Below are positions 47,506 to 57,920 of a DNA stretch of 64,000 nucleotides, one piece after another (the first letter of the stretch is position 1; every line of letters begins with the position of its first letter). The stretch is taken from contig CAXBMO010000006.1 of NCBI GenBank assembly GCA_963977015.1, positions 128,001-192,000 of the forward strand. The letters run 5' to 3'. The translations under genes were made by a program, and so were the position numbers. Under the pieces are notes generated by a model that was not told where the DNA came from, made no database searches, and worked only from the letters and a program-made list of their open reading frames with translations. The DNA comes from an uncultured bacterium. GTDB taxonomy: Bacteria > Verrucomicrobiota > Verrucomicrobiia > Verrucomicrobiales > DEV007.

Positions 47506-50445
47506 CTACTCGAACAACGCCGCAACATCGTCTTCCTCAAACTTGAGCTTCGCGCTTTCGCCGCCACTCAGGATTCCCTCCGCCAGAGCGGCTTTGCGTT
47601 TCTGCATCGCGACGATCTTTTCCTCGACCGTTCCTTCGGCGATCATCTTGTAAACAAAGACGGGACGTTGCTGCCCAATCCGGTAAGCCCGATCCGTTGC
47701 CTGGTTCTCGACCTGGGGATTCCACCACGGATCGTAATGAATGACGGTGTTCGCTTCCGTCAGGTTCAATCCGGTACCGCCTGCGCGGAGACTGATCAGG
47801 AAGAGGGGAACCTTGCCGGATTGAAACGCATCGACTGCCCGCCCACGATTCTGCGTGCTGCCGGTCAGCTTCACATGATCAATCTTCGCGGCGTGAAGTT
47901 GCTCTTCAATCAGCTTCAACATGCTCGTAAACTGGGAAAAAACCAGAATCCGGTGCCCGTCGCCGAGCATGTCGGGAAGCAACTCCATCAACTCGGCCAA
48001 CTTCGCGCTGTGCTGCCAGGTGAGCCCCTCTTCGCCCAGTTTCGCGAGCCTCGGATCGCAGCAAATCTGGCGCAGCTTCATCAAGGCATCGAGAATCACG
48101 ATTTGCGATCGAGCCAGGCCGCGTTCCGCGATTTCACTTTTCACCTTCTTGTGCATCGCCACGCGAACACTCTCGTACACATCGGCCTGCTTCCGCGTCA
48201 TCTCGACGGGATGGTCGATCTCCGTCTTCGGCGGCAATTCACTCACCACTTCGATTTTCTTGCGTCGCAGCAAGAACGGCTTCACCCGGCGCGTCAGCAC
48301 ACCCAGCATCGCCTCGTTCTGTTCCTGCTCGATTGGAATGCGGAACTGGCGCTTGAAGGATTCCTCCTCGCCGAGGAATCCCGGCATCAGGAAGTGGAAC
48401 AAACTCCACAGTTCGCCCAAGTGGTTCTCAATTGGTGTTCCGGTCAGGCAGAGGCGACGGTCGCTCTTCAGTTTGCTGAGAACTTCGGTTACTTTGGAGT
48501 TCGGGTTCTTAATGAACTGAGCCTCGTCGAGGATGATCCAGGAGTAGTTGATCTCCGCATGGCGAAACGCATCGCGACGCATCAAACCATAGGTCGTGAT
48601 CACGATGTCCGCGTTCGACACCGCGCGAAACTGTTGCAGGCGATCATTCCCATGCAGGGTGATCGCGACGAGATGGGGCGCGAATTTCTCCAGTTCATCG
48701 CGCCAGTTCTTCATCAAACTCGTCGGCGCGACCAAGAGGGCAGGGCGGTCGAGCCGTCCCGCGTCTTTCTCGCTCACCAGATGGGCAATCGTCTGGAGCG
48801 TCTTCCCCAGTCCCATGTCATCCGCCAGCACCCCGTTCAATTGGTTCTCCGCGAGGAACCGCAGCCAACCCACGCCGATCTTCTGATAGTCGCGAAGCTC
48901 GGCTTGGAGCTTTTCTGGATCTGCGACCGGAGCGATCGTGATTCCGTCACGCAGAATTCGTGCAATCTGCCGCACCGACTCCGGAATCCCCGGGATTTCG
49001 CCATCCACCTCGAACAACTCCGCCAACTCCGCCGCGCGCAGCGAGCCGACCTCCATCTTCTCGCCCGCATGAAAGGGATCGCGATCGTACAGCTCAAAGA
49101 TGCGTTCCACCATGGCGGCAAAGCGTTCGCCGGTGAAGACATGCGTCATCCCACCGATTGTTGGAACGAAAAACACTTGGCCTGCGATCTCATCCCGAAA
49201 CTGATCCGGCGATACCTTCGCATAGCGCTTCAACAAATCGTGAACCAGTGGCAACAGATTCACCCGCTTTCCATCCACCAGAATCCCAAGCTCAAATTCA
49301 AACCAGCCCTGCTTTTCGGAAGGGCCAATCGTCACCACATTCTCCGTTGGAGCCACCGCCAACCGGCGTTGTCCCTCAAACCGAAACGTCCAACCCCGCT
49401 TCTCCAATTCACCTTGAGCGTGCGCCAGAAAATGATGCCAACGACTCTGTCCCACGGCGGGCGCCGAAGGATCGGTCGTCTCCTCTGGCGGAACCACAAA
49501 ATCATTCGCCGCATCCTCCAATTCATACCCGGCGCCCACCTCCGCCAATGGCTTCAAACCCAGCTTCAACAACCATTCCGCCTCTTTCGTTTCCAAGTTC
49601 CGGTTCCGCTGAATCTCGATCAACTCGTTTTCCTGTACCGTCGTCGCAGCCGCCCGTTTCGATTGGTAACGCAGGAGATGTCCGTCGTAATCAAAAGTCA
49701 ATTTCCCGACAAACAGCTTCAGTGGACAGCCCAACGCTCGGGGATAGAATTCCCGTTGGCGAATGTCGAACACCGGCCTGGGGATGACATTCGTCACCGT
49801 CCGTTTCTTGAACGCGCCGGGCTCGGGCACCTTGCACTCTGGAAACTTCTTCGCCATCTCCGCAAAAAAATGCGATGCCATCTCGGCTTCCATCTCCCCT
49901 GTATTCAGCCACGCGCAGGCCAACGTGCTCGGAAAGCCGCACTCCACCTCCATCACCTCTCCGGTCATCAAATCGACGCCCGCAAGGGGCGCAGTCGCCA
50001 CAATCTCCAGGTTCGATGTTGTTTCCAGGCAGGGGCGTTGCGTCGGCAACACCGCATCCTTTCCCTTGGGATCCAGCAACTTCCAGCCCAGCTTTGCCCG
50101 CACCTTGCGCTCGCTCCAGTGGAGCGCCGTCGTCCCTTCCTCCCACACACATCGCCCCGTCCTCACAATATCCTCCAAAATCTGAAACCCCACCTTTCCC
50201 GTGAACTGAATCTGCTGTTGCTCCTTCGACGCCGCCATGTAGAGCCGCATCAAAATCCGCCGATCCTGTGCCGTCACAAACTCCTTCTTTCCCAGTCGTT
50301 GCAGCCCCTTCTTGTCATAGAGCGGCTTCGATCGTTTCAAATTCGAGCCCGGAAAGCGAATTTCACACAACGTCGCCCCATCCTCACCTGGGGTGAGCAC
50401 ATAGGTCATTAACTCCTCGCTGGCAGCGGCGGCAGACATCATCAA
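47506..50445 (-). CDS. SNF2-family helicase/ATPase
   Basis: LRDYQ, LADDMGLGKT, LDEAQ, LTGTPIENHL, LRQICCDP, GGTGLNL, DPWWNP, RAYRIGQ; exact start uncertain. Confidence 0.94.
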   Translation of the reverse strand: MMMSAAAASEELMTYVLTPGEDGATLCEIRFPGSNLKRSKPLYDKKGLQRLGKKEFVTAQDRRILMRLYMAASKEQQQIQFTGKVGFQILEDIVRTGRCVWEEGTTALHWSERKVRAKLGWKLLDPKGKDAVLPTQRPCLETTSNLEIVATAPLAGVDLMTGEVMEVECGFPSTLACAWLNTGEMEAEMASHFFAEMAKKFPECKVPEPGAFKKRTVTNVIPRPVFDIRQREFYPRALGCPLKLFVGKLTFDYDGHLLRYQSKRAAATTVQENELIEIQRNRNLETKEAEWLLKLGLKPLAEVGAGYELEDAANDFVVPPEETTDPSAPAVGQSRWHHFLAHAQGELEKRGWTFRFEGQRRLAVAPTENVVTIGPSEKQGWFEFELGILVDGKRVNLLPLVHDLLKRYAKVSPDQFRDEIAGQVFFVPTIGGMTHVFTGERFAAMVERIFELYDRDPFHAGEKMEVGSLRAAELAELFEVDGEIPGIPESVRQIARILRDGITIAPVADPEKLQAELRDYQKIGVGWLRFLAENQLNGVLADDMGLGKTLQTIAHLVSEKDAGRLDRPALLVAPTSLMKNWRDELEKFAPHLVAITLHGNDRLQQFRAVSNADIVITTYGLMRRDAFRHAEINYSWIILDEAQFIKNPNSKVTEVLSKLKSDRRLCLTGTPIENHLGELWSLFHFLMPGFLGEEESFKRQFRIPIEQEQNEAMLGVLTRRVKPFLLRRKKIEVVSELPPKTEIDHPVEMTRKQADVYESVRVAMHKKVKSEIAERGLARSQIVILDALMKLRQICCDPRLAKLGEEGLTWQHSAKLAELMELLPDMLGDGHRILVFSQFTSMLKLIEEQLHAAKIDHVKLTGSTQNRGRAVDAFQSGKVPLFLISLRAGGTGLNLTEANTVIHYDPWWNPQVENQATDRAYRIGQQRPVFVYKMIAEGTVEEKIVAMQKRKAALAEGILSGGESAKLKFEEDDVAALFE

Positions 50446-50639
50446 CGTTCGGGAAATAGACTGCCGAGAACTATTGGAAATTCAACTGCTCTTAACTACT
50501 TTAGAGTGAAGCGCATCGTAAGTTGGATCGCCGATTTGGGGCCACAACCTCAGCCGCCAATTCCTCGAGGCGGCCAAGCCTAACGGAGCACCTGACTAAA
50601 ATAGGTCGAAAAGTTAGAGACGAACTTCTTGCGCACAAT

Positions 50640-51233
50640 TCAAGCGGCCGGGACACATCGCCCTGTCAGGAAGGAGACGTGGATTTTCACGGTCGCGGCG
50701 AGGAGCTGCTCGAGTTCCGCAACCTCCTTCACCGAATACTTCAACTCCGCGGTCGAGACCGCGATCAAGCGGGCCACCAGCTCAATTCCCAATCCCGCCT
50801 TGGCCAGGGCGTCCCGGTTCGTCTCCGGGTCGGAGCGAATGGCATCCGCGAGCTGTTCTTCGAACATTTTCAGCATCCGCTTGCGGAGATCGGGGGCGAA
50901 GGAGTAAACGAAATCCAGAAGTTCCTGCGATTCGGGGCTGGTTTGGATCAGTTTGAAGGGGGCCAGGATCCAGGCATCGAGAATGGCCGTCATCCTGGCT
51001 TCCATTCCGGAGCATTGACTGGCGTTCTCCTGCGCCTCCTGAAACGAATGGTCGATCTTCCGGGTGATCACAGCTCTGAGGATCTCTTCCTTATTGCAGT
51101 AGACCAAGTAGACGGAGGGACGCGACATCCCGGCACCGCGGGCGATGTCGCCCATGGTGGCTTTCTTGAAGCCGTAACGGAGGAACACCTCCTGGGCGGC
51201 ATCGAGAATTTTGCACTGTTTTTCGGAATCCAA
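50640..51233 (-). CDS. TetR family regulator
   Basis: ILDAAQEVF.RYGF..ATMGDIA..AGMSRPSVY HTH; start uncertain (TTG 51233 or GTG 51242). Confidence 0.9.
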   Translation of the reverse strand: MDSEKQCKILDAAQEVFLRYGFKKATMGDIARGAGMSRPSVYLVYCNKEEILRAVITRKIDHSFQEAQENASQCSGMEARMTAILDAWILAPFKLIQTSPESQELLDFVYSFAPDLRKRMLKMFEEQLADAIRSDPETNRDALAKAGLGIELVARLIAVSTAELKYSVKEVAELEQLLAATVKIHVSFLTGRCVPAA

Positions 51234-51243
51234 GAAAAACACG

Positions 51244-51305
51244 TTGACACTTTTTGGTAAAGTGTCAAGAATGCGCGGCGCTGACAATTTTACAAAAACT
51301 GTCAG
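51244..51305. promoter_or_regulatory. Twin palindromic operators TGACA-N13-TGTCA (likely TetR sites)
   Basis: TTGACACTTT-TTGGT-AAAGTGTCAA (51244-51268) and CTGACAATTTTACAAAAACTGTCAG (51281-51305) between divergent tetR and efflux operon. Confidence 0.8.
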
Positions 51306-51338
51306 AAGTTCTCTCCTCGCCACACTCCTCCCGCTCTC

Positions 51339-52463
51339 ATGACTTTGAGTTCCTTTTCATTTCCAGCCGGCCTTCCGCGAAAGGCCCGTATTCTCTTGGC
51401 CGTGCTTCCGGCTGTTGCGCTCATTTCCTGCAATCCGGAGCCAGAGGGAGAACCGACCGAGACTTCTCGCCCGCGACCGGTCAAAGTCACGGCGATCCAC
51501 AATGGCGGATTGGCCAAGGTGGTCGAGTTTCCCGGTCAGATCGAGCCGGTTCAGAAAGCCTGGAAGGCGTTCGAAGTCACCGGACGCATCGTCGAGATGC
51601 CGGTGAAGGAAGGGCAGGCGATCAAGAAGGGGGAGGTTCTGGCCAAGTTGGATCCGCGCGACTTTCAATCGGCTCGCGACTCGGCGCAGGCGAGCCATGA
51701 GGCGGCTCAAACCATGGCGGAACGGCTCCGCAAATTGATTCAGGGCAACGCCGTCTCGCGCCAGGAACTCGAGCTGGCCGAGCGCGACCTGCGAACGGCC
51801 GAGGCTGAGTATGAGCGCGCCGCGAAAGCGCTGGAAGACACCGTGATGGTCGCCGATTTCGACGGAAACGTTGCAGAGATATTGGTCGAGGACTTTGCCA
51901 ACGTGACGGCCAAACAGAACGTGATGCTGATTCAGGACACCTCGTCGCTGGAGATCGTGATCCAGGTGCCGGAGAGCATCATGACCATCCCCATTTCCGG
52001 CGAAACCGATGCCGAGAAAGTCGCCAGCACCAATCCCGTGGTCCTCGTCAGTTCCCTGCCGGACCAGGAGTTTCCCGCACGCTTCAGCGAGTTGTCGGAA
52101 ACGGCTGATCCCGTGACGCGAACCTACGAGGCAACCCTCTCCTTCACCGTACCGGAAGATTCGCTTATCCAGCCCGGGATGACCGCGAAAGTGAAAGCCG
52201 TCATCCCCCCGAACGAACGCTCCAAGACGGAAGGGTTCCCGGTGCCCGCCAAAGCGGTGTTCTCGAACAACGAGGGCGCGGCGCAGATCTGGAGGCTCGA
52301 TCCGGCGACCTCGACGGTCTCGGCCGTTACCGTGGAACCCGGCGCGTTGGCCGAAGACACGATCGTGGTCACCGGCGATCTCGACAACGGCGATCTCATC
52401 GTGACCTCCGGCGTGCATCATCTGCAGGAAGGCCGCGAAGTGCGGATTTGGGACGCGAAGTAG
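51339..52463 (+). CDS. RND efflux periplasmic adaptor (MFP), lipoprotein
   Basis: Lipobox LISC, G.I.E.PVKEGQ.IKKGEVLAKLD, ADPVTRTY, PGMTA. Confidence 0.93.
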   Translation: MTLSSFSFPAGLPRKARILLAVLPAVALISCNPEPEGEPTETSRPRPVKVTAIHNGGLAKVVEFPGQIEPVQKAWKAFEVTGRIVEMPVKEGQAIKKGEVLAKLDPRDFQSARDSAQASHEAAQTMAERLRKLIQGNAVSRQELELAERDLRTAEAEYERAAKALEDTVMVADFDGNVAEILVEDFANVTAKQNVMLIQDTSSLEIVIQVPESIMTIPISGETDAEKVASTNPVVLVSSLPDQEFPARFSELSETADPVTRTYEATLSFTVPEDSLIQPGMTAKVKAVIPPNERSKTEGFPVPAKAVFSNNEGAAQIWRLDPATSTVSAVTVEPGALAEDTIVVTGDLDNGDLIVTSGVHHLQEGREVRIWDAK

Positions 52464-52494
52464 TCACGCTGGACGACCAACGATTTCTGTTCCC

Positions 52495-55400
52495 ATGAAT
52501 CTTGCTGAATTCTGTATTCGCCGAAAGACGACCACGCTGGTCCTGACCGTTGTCCTCCTGCTGGGCGGCCTGGTCAACTACCTCGACATGAGCCGGCTCG
52601 AGGACCCGGAGTTTACCCTCAAAGATGTCCTCGTCGTCACTCCCTACCCGGGAGCCTCGCCGGAAGAGGTCGAAGAAGAAGTGACCGACGAGGTCGAGAT
52701 CGCGATTCAACAGCTCGGCCAGCTTGAGGAAATCCTCTCCCGCTCCGAACGCGGCCTGTCCACGATCACCGTCAGCGTGCTCGAAAAATACGACAAGCAC
52801 ACCTTGCCCCAGGTCTGGGATGAGCTTCGCCGGAAGGTCAGCGACGTTCAATCCAGTCTCCCTCCGGGCGCGGGGCCATCCATCGTGATCGACGACTATG
52901 GAGACGTCTTCGGAATCTATCTGGTGCTTCATGGTGACGAGTTCTCCTACGCCGAGCTGAAGGAAGTGGCCGACTTCCTCAAACGCGAACTGCTGCTCGT
53001 CGAGGACGTCGCCAAGATTGAAATCCACGGCGACCGCACCGAGGCGATCATCGTCGAGCCGCTCTGGGAACAAATGGCCCGCATCGGCGTCGCCCCGGAA
53101 GCGATACTGGCTCAGTTGCAGGAGAAAAACCTGGTTCGCGACACCGGCCGGGTCCGAATCGGCGACGAATTCATTGCCCTGAATCCGACGGGCGAAATCA
53201 CCTCTCTCGAAGACTTCGAGCAACTCATCTTCTCTCACGAAGGCAAGCAGTTTCACCTGCGGGACATCGCCAGGGTGCGGCGCGGTTACGTCGAACCTCA
53301 GCAGGAGATTCTGCGCTACGATTCCATGAATGGCGTGGCGCTGGGAATCTCCACGATCTCCGGCGGTAACGTAGTGACGATGGGCAAGGCGCTCGACAAA
53401 CGCCTCGCGGAACTGGAAAACGACATTCCTCTCGGCATGGAAATCGGGATCATCTCGCATCAGTCGGCCTCGGTCTCCACCGCGATCAACGGTTTCATCG
53501 CCAGCCTGCTGCAGGCCCTGATCATCGTCATCGTCGTCCTGTTGGTCTTCATGGGCTTGCGTAGCGGGTTGCTGATCGGGCTCATTTTGGTTCTCACGAT
53601 CATGGGGAGCTTCGTCTTTCTGAATCCCATGGGCGTGGCGCTGGAACGCATCTCGCTGGGCGCCTTGATCATCGCGCTGGGCATGCTGGTCGATAACGCG
53701 ATCGTGATTGTCGACGGCATGCTGGTGGGGATGCGCCGCGGTCAAAGTGCCACGGAGGCCGCGATCGGCGTGGTGAAGCAGTCGGCGCTTCCCCTGCTGG
53801 GTGCCACCGCGATTGCCGTGTTCGCCTTTGCCGCGATCGGCACAACCGACAATGCGGCGGGCGAGTTCTGCCGTTCCCTCTTTCTGGTCATCTGCGTGTC
53901 GTTGTTCCTCAGCTGGATTACGGCGGTGACGGTCACGCCGCTCCTCGGCGTCCTGGTTCTCAAAGTCCGCACGGTGGAGCCCGGTGAGGAACCGAAGGAA
54001 CCGTTCAACGGTTGGTTCTATCGCCTTTACAAAGGGTTGCTGCGTGGCTGCATCCGGTTCCGCTGGGTAACGGTCCTGGTGGTTGCCGCCATGTTCGTGA
54101 CCTCGATGTGGGGGTTCGGCTTCGTCAAACAATCGTTCTTCCCGCCCTCGACTCGACCGCAGTTCCTGGTCGACTTCTGGTTGCCCCAAGGCACCCACAT
54201 CGATGTGACGAACCGGCAGGCTCAACGCGTCGAAGCCTGGCTCGCCGAGCAACCGGAAATCGGGCACGTCACCACGACGATCGGCCGTGGAGGTTTGCGC
54301 TTTCTCCTGACCTTTCAGCCCGAACTGCCGAACCCGGCGTATGCCCAGTTCATCGTGGACGTGGACGACTCGCGCTCGGTTCCCGGCTTGATCGAGCGCA
54401 CCGATGCCTTTCTCGAACAGGAGTTTCCGGATGCGCTGGGTTACGGCGTCAAATTCGAGTTCGGTCCCGGCGGCAAGGGCAAAATCCAGGCGCGCTTCTC
54501 CGGTCCGGATTCCGAGACGCTGCGCAATCTCGCGAGCCAGGCGGCGTCGATCATCCGCGCCCATCCCAACTCCAAGGCGATCCGCACGGACTGGCGTCAA
54601 CGCGTCAAGCTCCTGCGGCCCCAACTGGCCGAAGACCGCGCCAACCTGCTCGGCATCGGCAAACCGGAGCTTTCCCAGGCGATTCGTCAGGCCTTCGCCG
54701 GAGTGACCGTCGGCGTTTACCGCGAAGGCGACCTGCTTCTTCCGGTGATCATGCGGGCGCCGGAAGATCAACACAGCGACATCAACCTGTTGGAGAGCAT
54801 CCAGATCTGGAGCCCGGTCGCTCAAAAGCGGATTCCCCTGAGTCAGGTCGTTTCCGGAATCGAAACCGAGTTCGAAGATGAAATCCGGATCCGGCTCGAT
54901 CGCAAACCGATCATCACGGTCTACGCGGATCCGATCGAAGGCCCGGCCAGCGAGTTGTTTGCGGAACTGCGACCGCAGATCGAAGCCATGCCGCTGCCCG
55001 AAGGGTACGAGCTGCTCTGGTATGGGGAATACAAGGACTCCAATGACGCCAACGCCGCTCTGGCCGCTGGCATTCCCCTGTTCATGTTGCTCATGGTCCT
55101 GACCACGCTGATCCTCTTTAACTCCATTCGTCAGCCGCTCGTTATCTGGCTTTGTGTGCCGCTCGCGCTCATCGGCGTTTCCGTGGGGCTCGTCACGACC
55201 GGTCAGCCGTTTTCCTTCATGGCGTTGCTGGGTTTTCTCAGTCTGTCGGGGATGCTGATCAAAAACGCCATCGTCATGATCGACGAACTGAACGTGCAGC
55301 TCGCCGACGGCAAGGAGCCCTTCGCCGCGGTGATCGACTCCGCGGCCAGCCGCCTCCTGCCGGTCGCGATGGCTGCCTCGACCACCGCGCTCGGTATGAT

Positions 55401-55533
55401 TCCGCTGTTCTTCGACGCCTTCTTCGCGGCCATGGCCGTCACCATCGTGTTCGGCCTCATGTTCGCCACCGTCCTGACGACCATTGTCGTGCCGGTGTTC
55501 TACTCCATCTTTTACCGCGTCCGGACGACGTGA
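52495..55533 (+). CDS. RND efflux permease (AcrB-like superfamily)
   Basis: EDPEFT, YPGASPEEVE, GMLVDNAIV, GMLIKNAIV, RLLPV; 1012 aa. Confidence 0.96.
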   Translation: MNLAEFCIRRKTTTLVLTVVLLLGGLVNYLDMSRLEDPEFTLKDVLVVTPYPGASPEEVEEEVTDEVEIAIQQLGQLEEILSRSERGLSTITVSVLEKYDKHTLPQVWDELRRKVSDVQSSLPPGAGPSIVIDDYGDVFGIYLVLHGDEFSYAELKEVADFLKRELLLVEDVAKIEIHGDRTEAIIVEPLWEQMARIGVAPEAILAQLQEKNLVRDTGRVRIGDEFIALNPTGEITSLEDFEQLIFSHEGKQFHLRDIARVRRGYVEPQQEILRYDSMNGVALGISTISGGNVVTMGKALDKRLAELENDIPLGMEIGIISHQSASVSTAINGFIASLLQALIIVIVVLLVFMGLRSGLLIGLILVLTIMGSFVFLNPMGVALERISLGALIIALGMLVDNAIVIVDGMLVGMRRGQSATEAAIGVVKQSALPLLGATAIAVFAFAAIGTTDNAAGEFCRSLFLVICVSLFLSWITAVTVTPLLGVLVLKVRTVEPGEEPKEPFNGWFYRLYKGLLRGCIRFRWVTVLVVAAMFVTSMWGFGFVKQSFFPPSTRPQFLVDFWLPQGTHIDVTNRQAQRVEAWLAEQPEIGHVTTTIGRGGLRFLLTFQPELPNPAYAQFIVDVDDSRSVPGLIERTDAFLEQEFPDALGYGVKFEFGPGGKGKIQARFSGPDSETLRNLASQAASIIRAHPNSKAIRTDWRQRVKLLRPQLAEDRANLLGIGKPELSQAIRQAFAGVTVGVYREGDLLLPVIMRAPEDQHSDINLLESIQIWSPVAQKRIPLSQVVSGIETEFEDEIRIRLDRKPIITVYADPIEGPASELFAELRPQIEAMPLPEGYELLWYGEYKDSNDANAALAAGIPLFMLLMVLTTLILFNSIRQPLVIWLCVPLALIGVSVGLVTTGQPFSFMALLGFLSLSGMLIKNAIVMIDELNVQLADGKEPFAAVIDSAASRLLPVAMAASTTALGMIPLFFDAFFAAMAVTIVFGLMFATVLTTIVVPVFYSIFYRVRTT

Positions 55534-55544
55534 ACCACGCAGCC

Positions 55545-56957
55545 ATGTCTTCTCCAAACGTCATCCTCCAAAGCCTGACCGCAACGCTCGTTGGCCTTGC
55601 CCTCACCAGCTGCACCTCGCTGGTCGATCGATGGTCGCCGGAAGGAGGCGAACCGCAAACGCCGGAACGCTTTCGTCACGCCGCCGCCAATGATAGTGCG
55701 GCGGCTCCGTCCAGCGGTCCCTGGTGGAAGACCTATCGCGACCCGGAACTCAATGAGTTGATGAGCCGGGTGGAAACCAACAACCCGGACGTCATGTCCG
55801 CCCTGGCACGGGTCGATCAAGCTTATGCGGCATTGGGGATCACGGGCGCCCAGCGCTTTCCCCAAGTCGGTGGCACCGGTTCATTTACCAATCTGAAGGA
55901 CAGCGCAAACAGTCTCCGGTTCACGTTGGACCCGCTGCAATACGAGCAATACCGGCTCGCCGTTAACGCGTCCTGGGAACTGGATCTCTGGGGTAGAATC
56001 CGGGGATCCTATCGCCGCGAAGAATTCCGGTCCGAGGCCGCCCAGGCCCAATACGAAGACGTTATGCTGTCGCTTCGAGCCGCCCTGGCCCGGCAGTATT
56101 TCGCGCTGCGTTTTGCGCAACAGGAAAAGGCCATCCTGGCCGATGGCGTGGCCGTTCGTGAGGAATCGCTGCAGCTGCAGGAAACTCGCATGGCGGAGGG
56201 AGCGGGCGTCAAACTGGACGTCGCGCGGGCCCGGACCGAGCTGGAATCGACTCGGGTGCAGGCCGCGGAACTGGACCGGGTGGCCGGCAAGCTGGAACAT
56301 GCCATCGCCGTTCTCGCCGGAGAAGCGCCGTCCAACTTCACGCCGTCGAAAGAAGCGTCCCCGGTCCGTCTTCCCAAGGTTCCCGCCGGCGTGCCCTCGG
56401 AACTGCTCAATCGCCGGCCCGACCTGCGCGTCGCGGAACGCAACCTCCGCGCCGCAGCCAAGCAAGTCGGGATTCGCAAAGTCGATTTCCTGCCGCGCAT
56501 CTCCCTGATGGGAGACGGTGGCGTTGCCAGCCTGCGGACGGACAATCTCTTTGCCAGCCCGGAAAGCGTGTACCGCTCCCTGGGGCCTCAGGTCGATCTC
56601 CCGCTCTTCCAGGGTGGCGTCCGGACCTCAGCCGTGGCCCAGGCCGAAGCGGCCTGGCGCGAGGCGGTCGAAAACTACCAAAGTGCTCTCCTGACCGCCG
56701 TGCGGGAAGTGGATGACTCCCTCCTGGACCTTCAGATTCTGCAACAGCAAATCGACGCCCAGGCACGCGCCGTCGACGCCGCCAACGAAACGGCGCAGTT
56801 GTCGAAAGAGCGTTTTGATCGCGGCCTGGTCAGTTACTTCGAAGTGGTCGATGCCGAGCGCGCGCGGCTCGAAGCCCAGCGAGTTGAGAACAGTTTGCGG
56901 AGCGAGCATGCCGCAGCCAGCGTCCAATTGATCCAGGCGCTTGGGGGGAGTCTATAG
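55545..56957 (+). CDS. Outer membrane efflux lipoprotein (NodT/OprM family)
   Basis: Lipobox LTSC, WW..Y.DPEL, SWELDLWG, PSELLNRRPD, ALGG; start reset. Confidence 0.93.
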   Translation: MSSPNVILQSLTATLVGLALTSCTSLVDRWSPEGGEPQTPERFRHAAANDSAAAPSSGPWWKTYRDPELNELMSRVETNNPDVMSALARVDQAYAALGITGAQRFPQVGGTGSFTNLKDSANSLRFTLDPLQYEQYRLAVNASWELDLWGRIRGSYRREEFRSEAAQAQYEDVMLSLRAALARQYFALRFAQQEKAILADGVAVREESLQLQETRMAEGAGVKLDVARARTELESTRVQAAELDRVAGKLEHAIAVLAGEAPSNFTPSKEASPVRLPKVPAGVPSELLNRRPDLRVAERNLRAAAKQVGIRKVDFLPRISLMGDGGVASLRTDNLFASPESVYRSLGPQVDLPLFQGGVRTSAVAQAEAAWREAVENYQSALLTAVREVDDSLLDLQILQQQIDAQARAVDAANETAQLSKERFDRGLVSYFEVVDAERARLEAQRVENSLRSEHAAASVQLIQALGGSL

Positions 56958-57118
56958 ACAGGCGCCGCTCACGGCTGGCAGCGCAAGCCTCCGGCTCGGT
57001 TCTTCGGTATGTTAGCGCGATCATCGCGTGCTACATTCCGGCGTCACTACACCTGCCCCGAAATGCCTCAAATCGTTTCACACGTTGATTTGCATCCATA
57101 AATCACCAAAGATCCGGC

Positions 57119-57859
57119 ATGGGAGAAACCAGCTTCACGCGCCACGACCAATTTCCGGAGACCCGCTGGACGCTCATTCGACGCGCCACGGACGCCAATC
57201 CCGAGCAAATGCGGTTGGCCTTGGAGGAGTTTTGCCGCACGTACTGGTTTCCACTTTACTGCTACGCAAGGCGTCGTGGCCACTCGGTCCACGATGCGCA
57301 GGACACCATCCAAAGCTTCTTTGTCCACTTGCTGGACCAAACCGAAAAGTTTCGACATCTCGACGCCAATCACGGCAAACTGCGATCCTGGCTTTTAACC
57401 TCACTTCGGAACTTTCTATCCAATGAACGGAAACGATCACTGGCCGCGAAACGAGGCGGGTCAGTTCCAATCCTGGCAATCGATATCGATCTGGCGGAAG
57501 AACGGTTGGGAACTTGGAACCCCGTCGCCGATGCGACGACGGCGGAGCATGATTTCGACCGTCTTTGGGCGGAAACGGTCTTGCGCCTGGCGCGGCAAAA
57601 GCTCAGAACCACGTTCGAGACGGCCGGGAAGGGCCGGGAGTATGAAATCCTCAAACCGTTCCTTACCAAGGGGACGCCCGAAGGCCTGATTCCAGAGGCC
57701 GCGGCGAAGCTGGAAAAAACAGAGGGTGCGGTCCGGATGGCGATCCTGCGGTTGCGGGATGACTACCGTGTCGCGATCCAGTGCGAGATCGCAGACACAT
57801 TGGATGTGGACGATGATGTGGAGGAAGAGGTGCGCTACCTCATCTCGTGTCTAGGGTAG
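57119..57859 (+). CDS. ECF sigma factor (kinase-associated PVC type)
   Basis: FPETRWTLI, LEEFCRTYWFPLY, DAQD.IQSFF, G.LRSWL, A.KRGG, FDR.WA. Confidence 0.85.
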   Translation: MGETSFTRHDQFPETRWTLIRRATDANPEQMRLALEEFCRTYWFPLYCYARRRGHSVHDAQDTIQSFFVHLLDQTEKFRHLDANHGKLRSWLLTSLRNFLSNERKRSLAAKRGGSVPILAIDIDLAEERLGTWNPVADATTAEHDFDRLWAETVLRLARQKLRTTFETAGKGREYEILKPFLTKGTPEGLIPEAAAKLEKTEGAVRMAILRLRDDYRVAIQCEIADTLDVDDDVEEEVRYLISCLG

Positions 57860-57920
57860 CGCAGTTTCGTCAGCAAATTGCATTTACTTTGCGGTCGCAT
57901 TGATCAGAATCTCGTTGCCG

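Noticed and set aside
47473-50412. 979-aa + strand ORF
   Set aside because: Antisense shadow of the SNF2 gene; no recognisable motifs; such shadows are common in GC-rich DNA
53680-53715. RND TM4 motif VDNAIV rather than VDDAIV
   Set aside because: DN variant is common in RND subfamilies
52396-55557. 1053-aa - strand ORF
   Set aside because: Antisense shadow of the RND permease
56958-57030. Possible attC site or REP after the efflux operon (GTTAGCG; gttagcgcgatcatcgcgtgctac hairpin)
   Set aside because: No matching RYYYAAC partner, no second copy and no integrase seen
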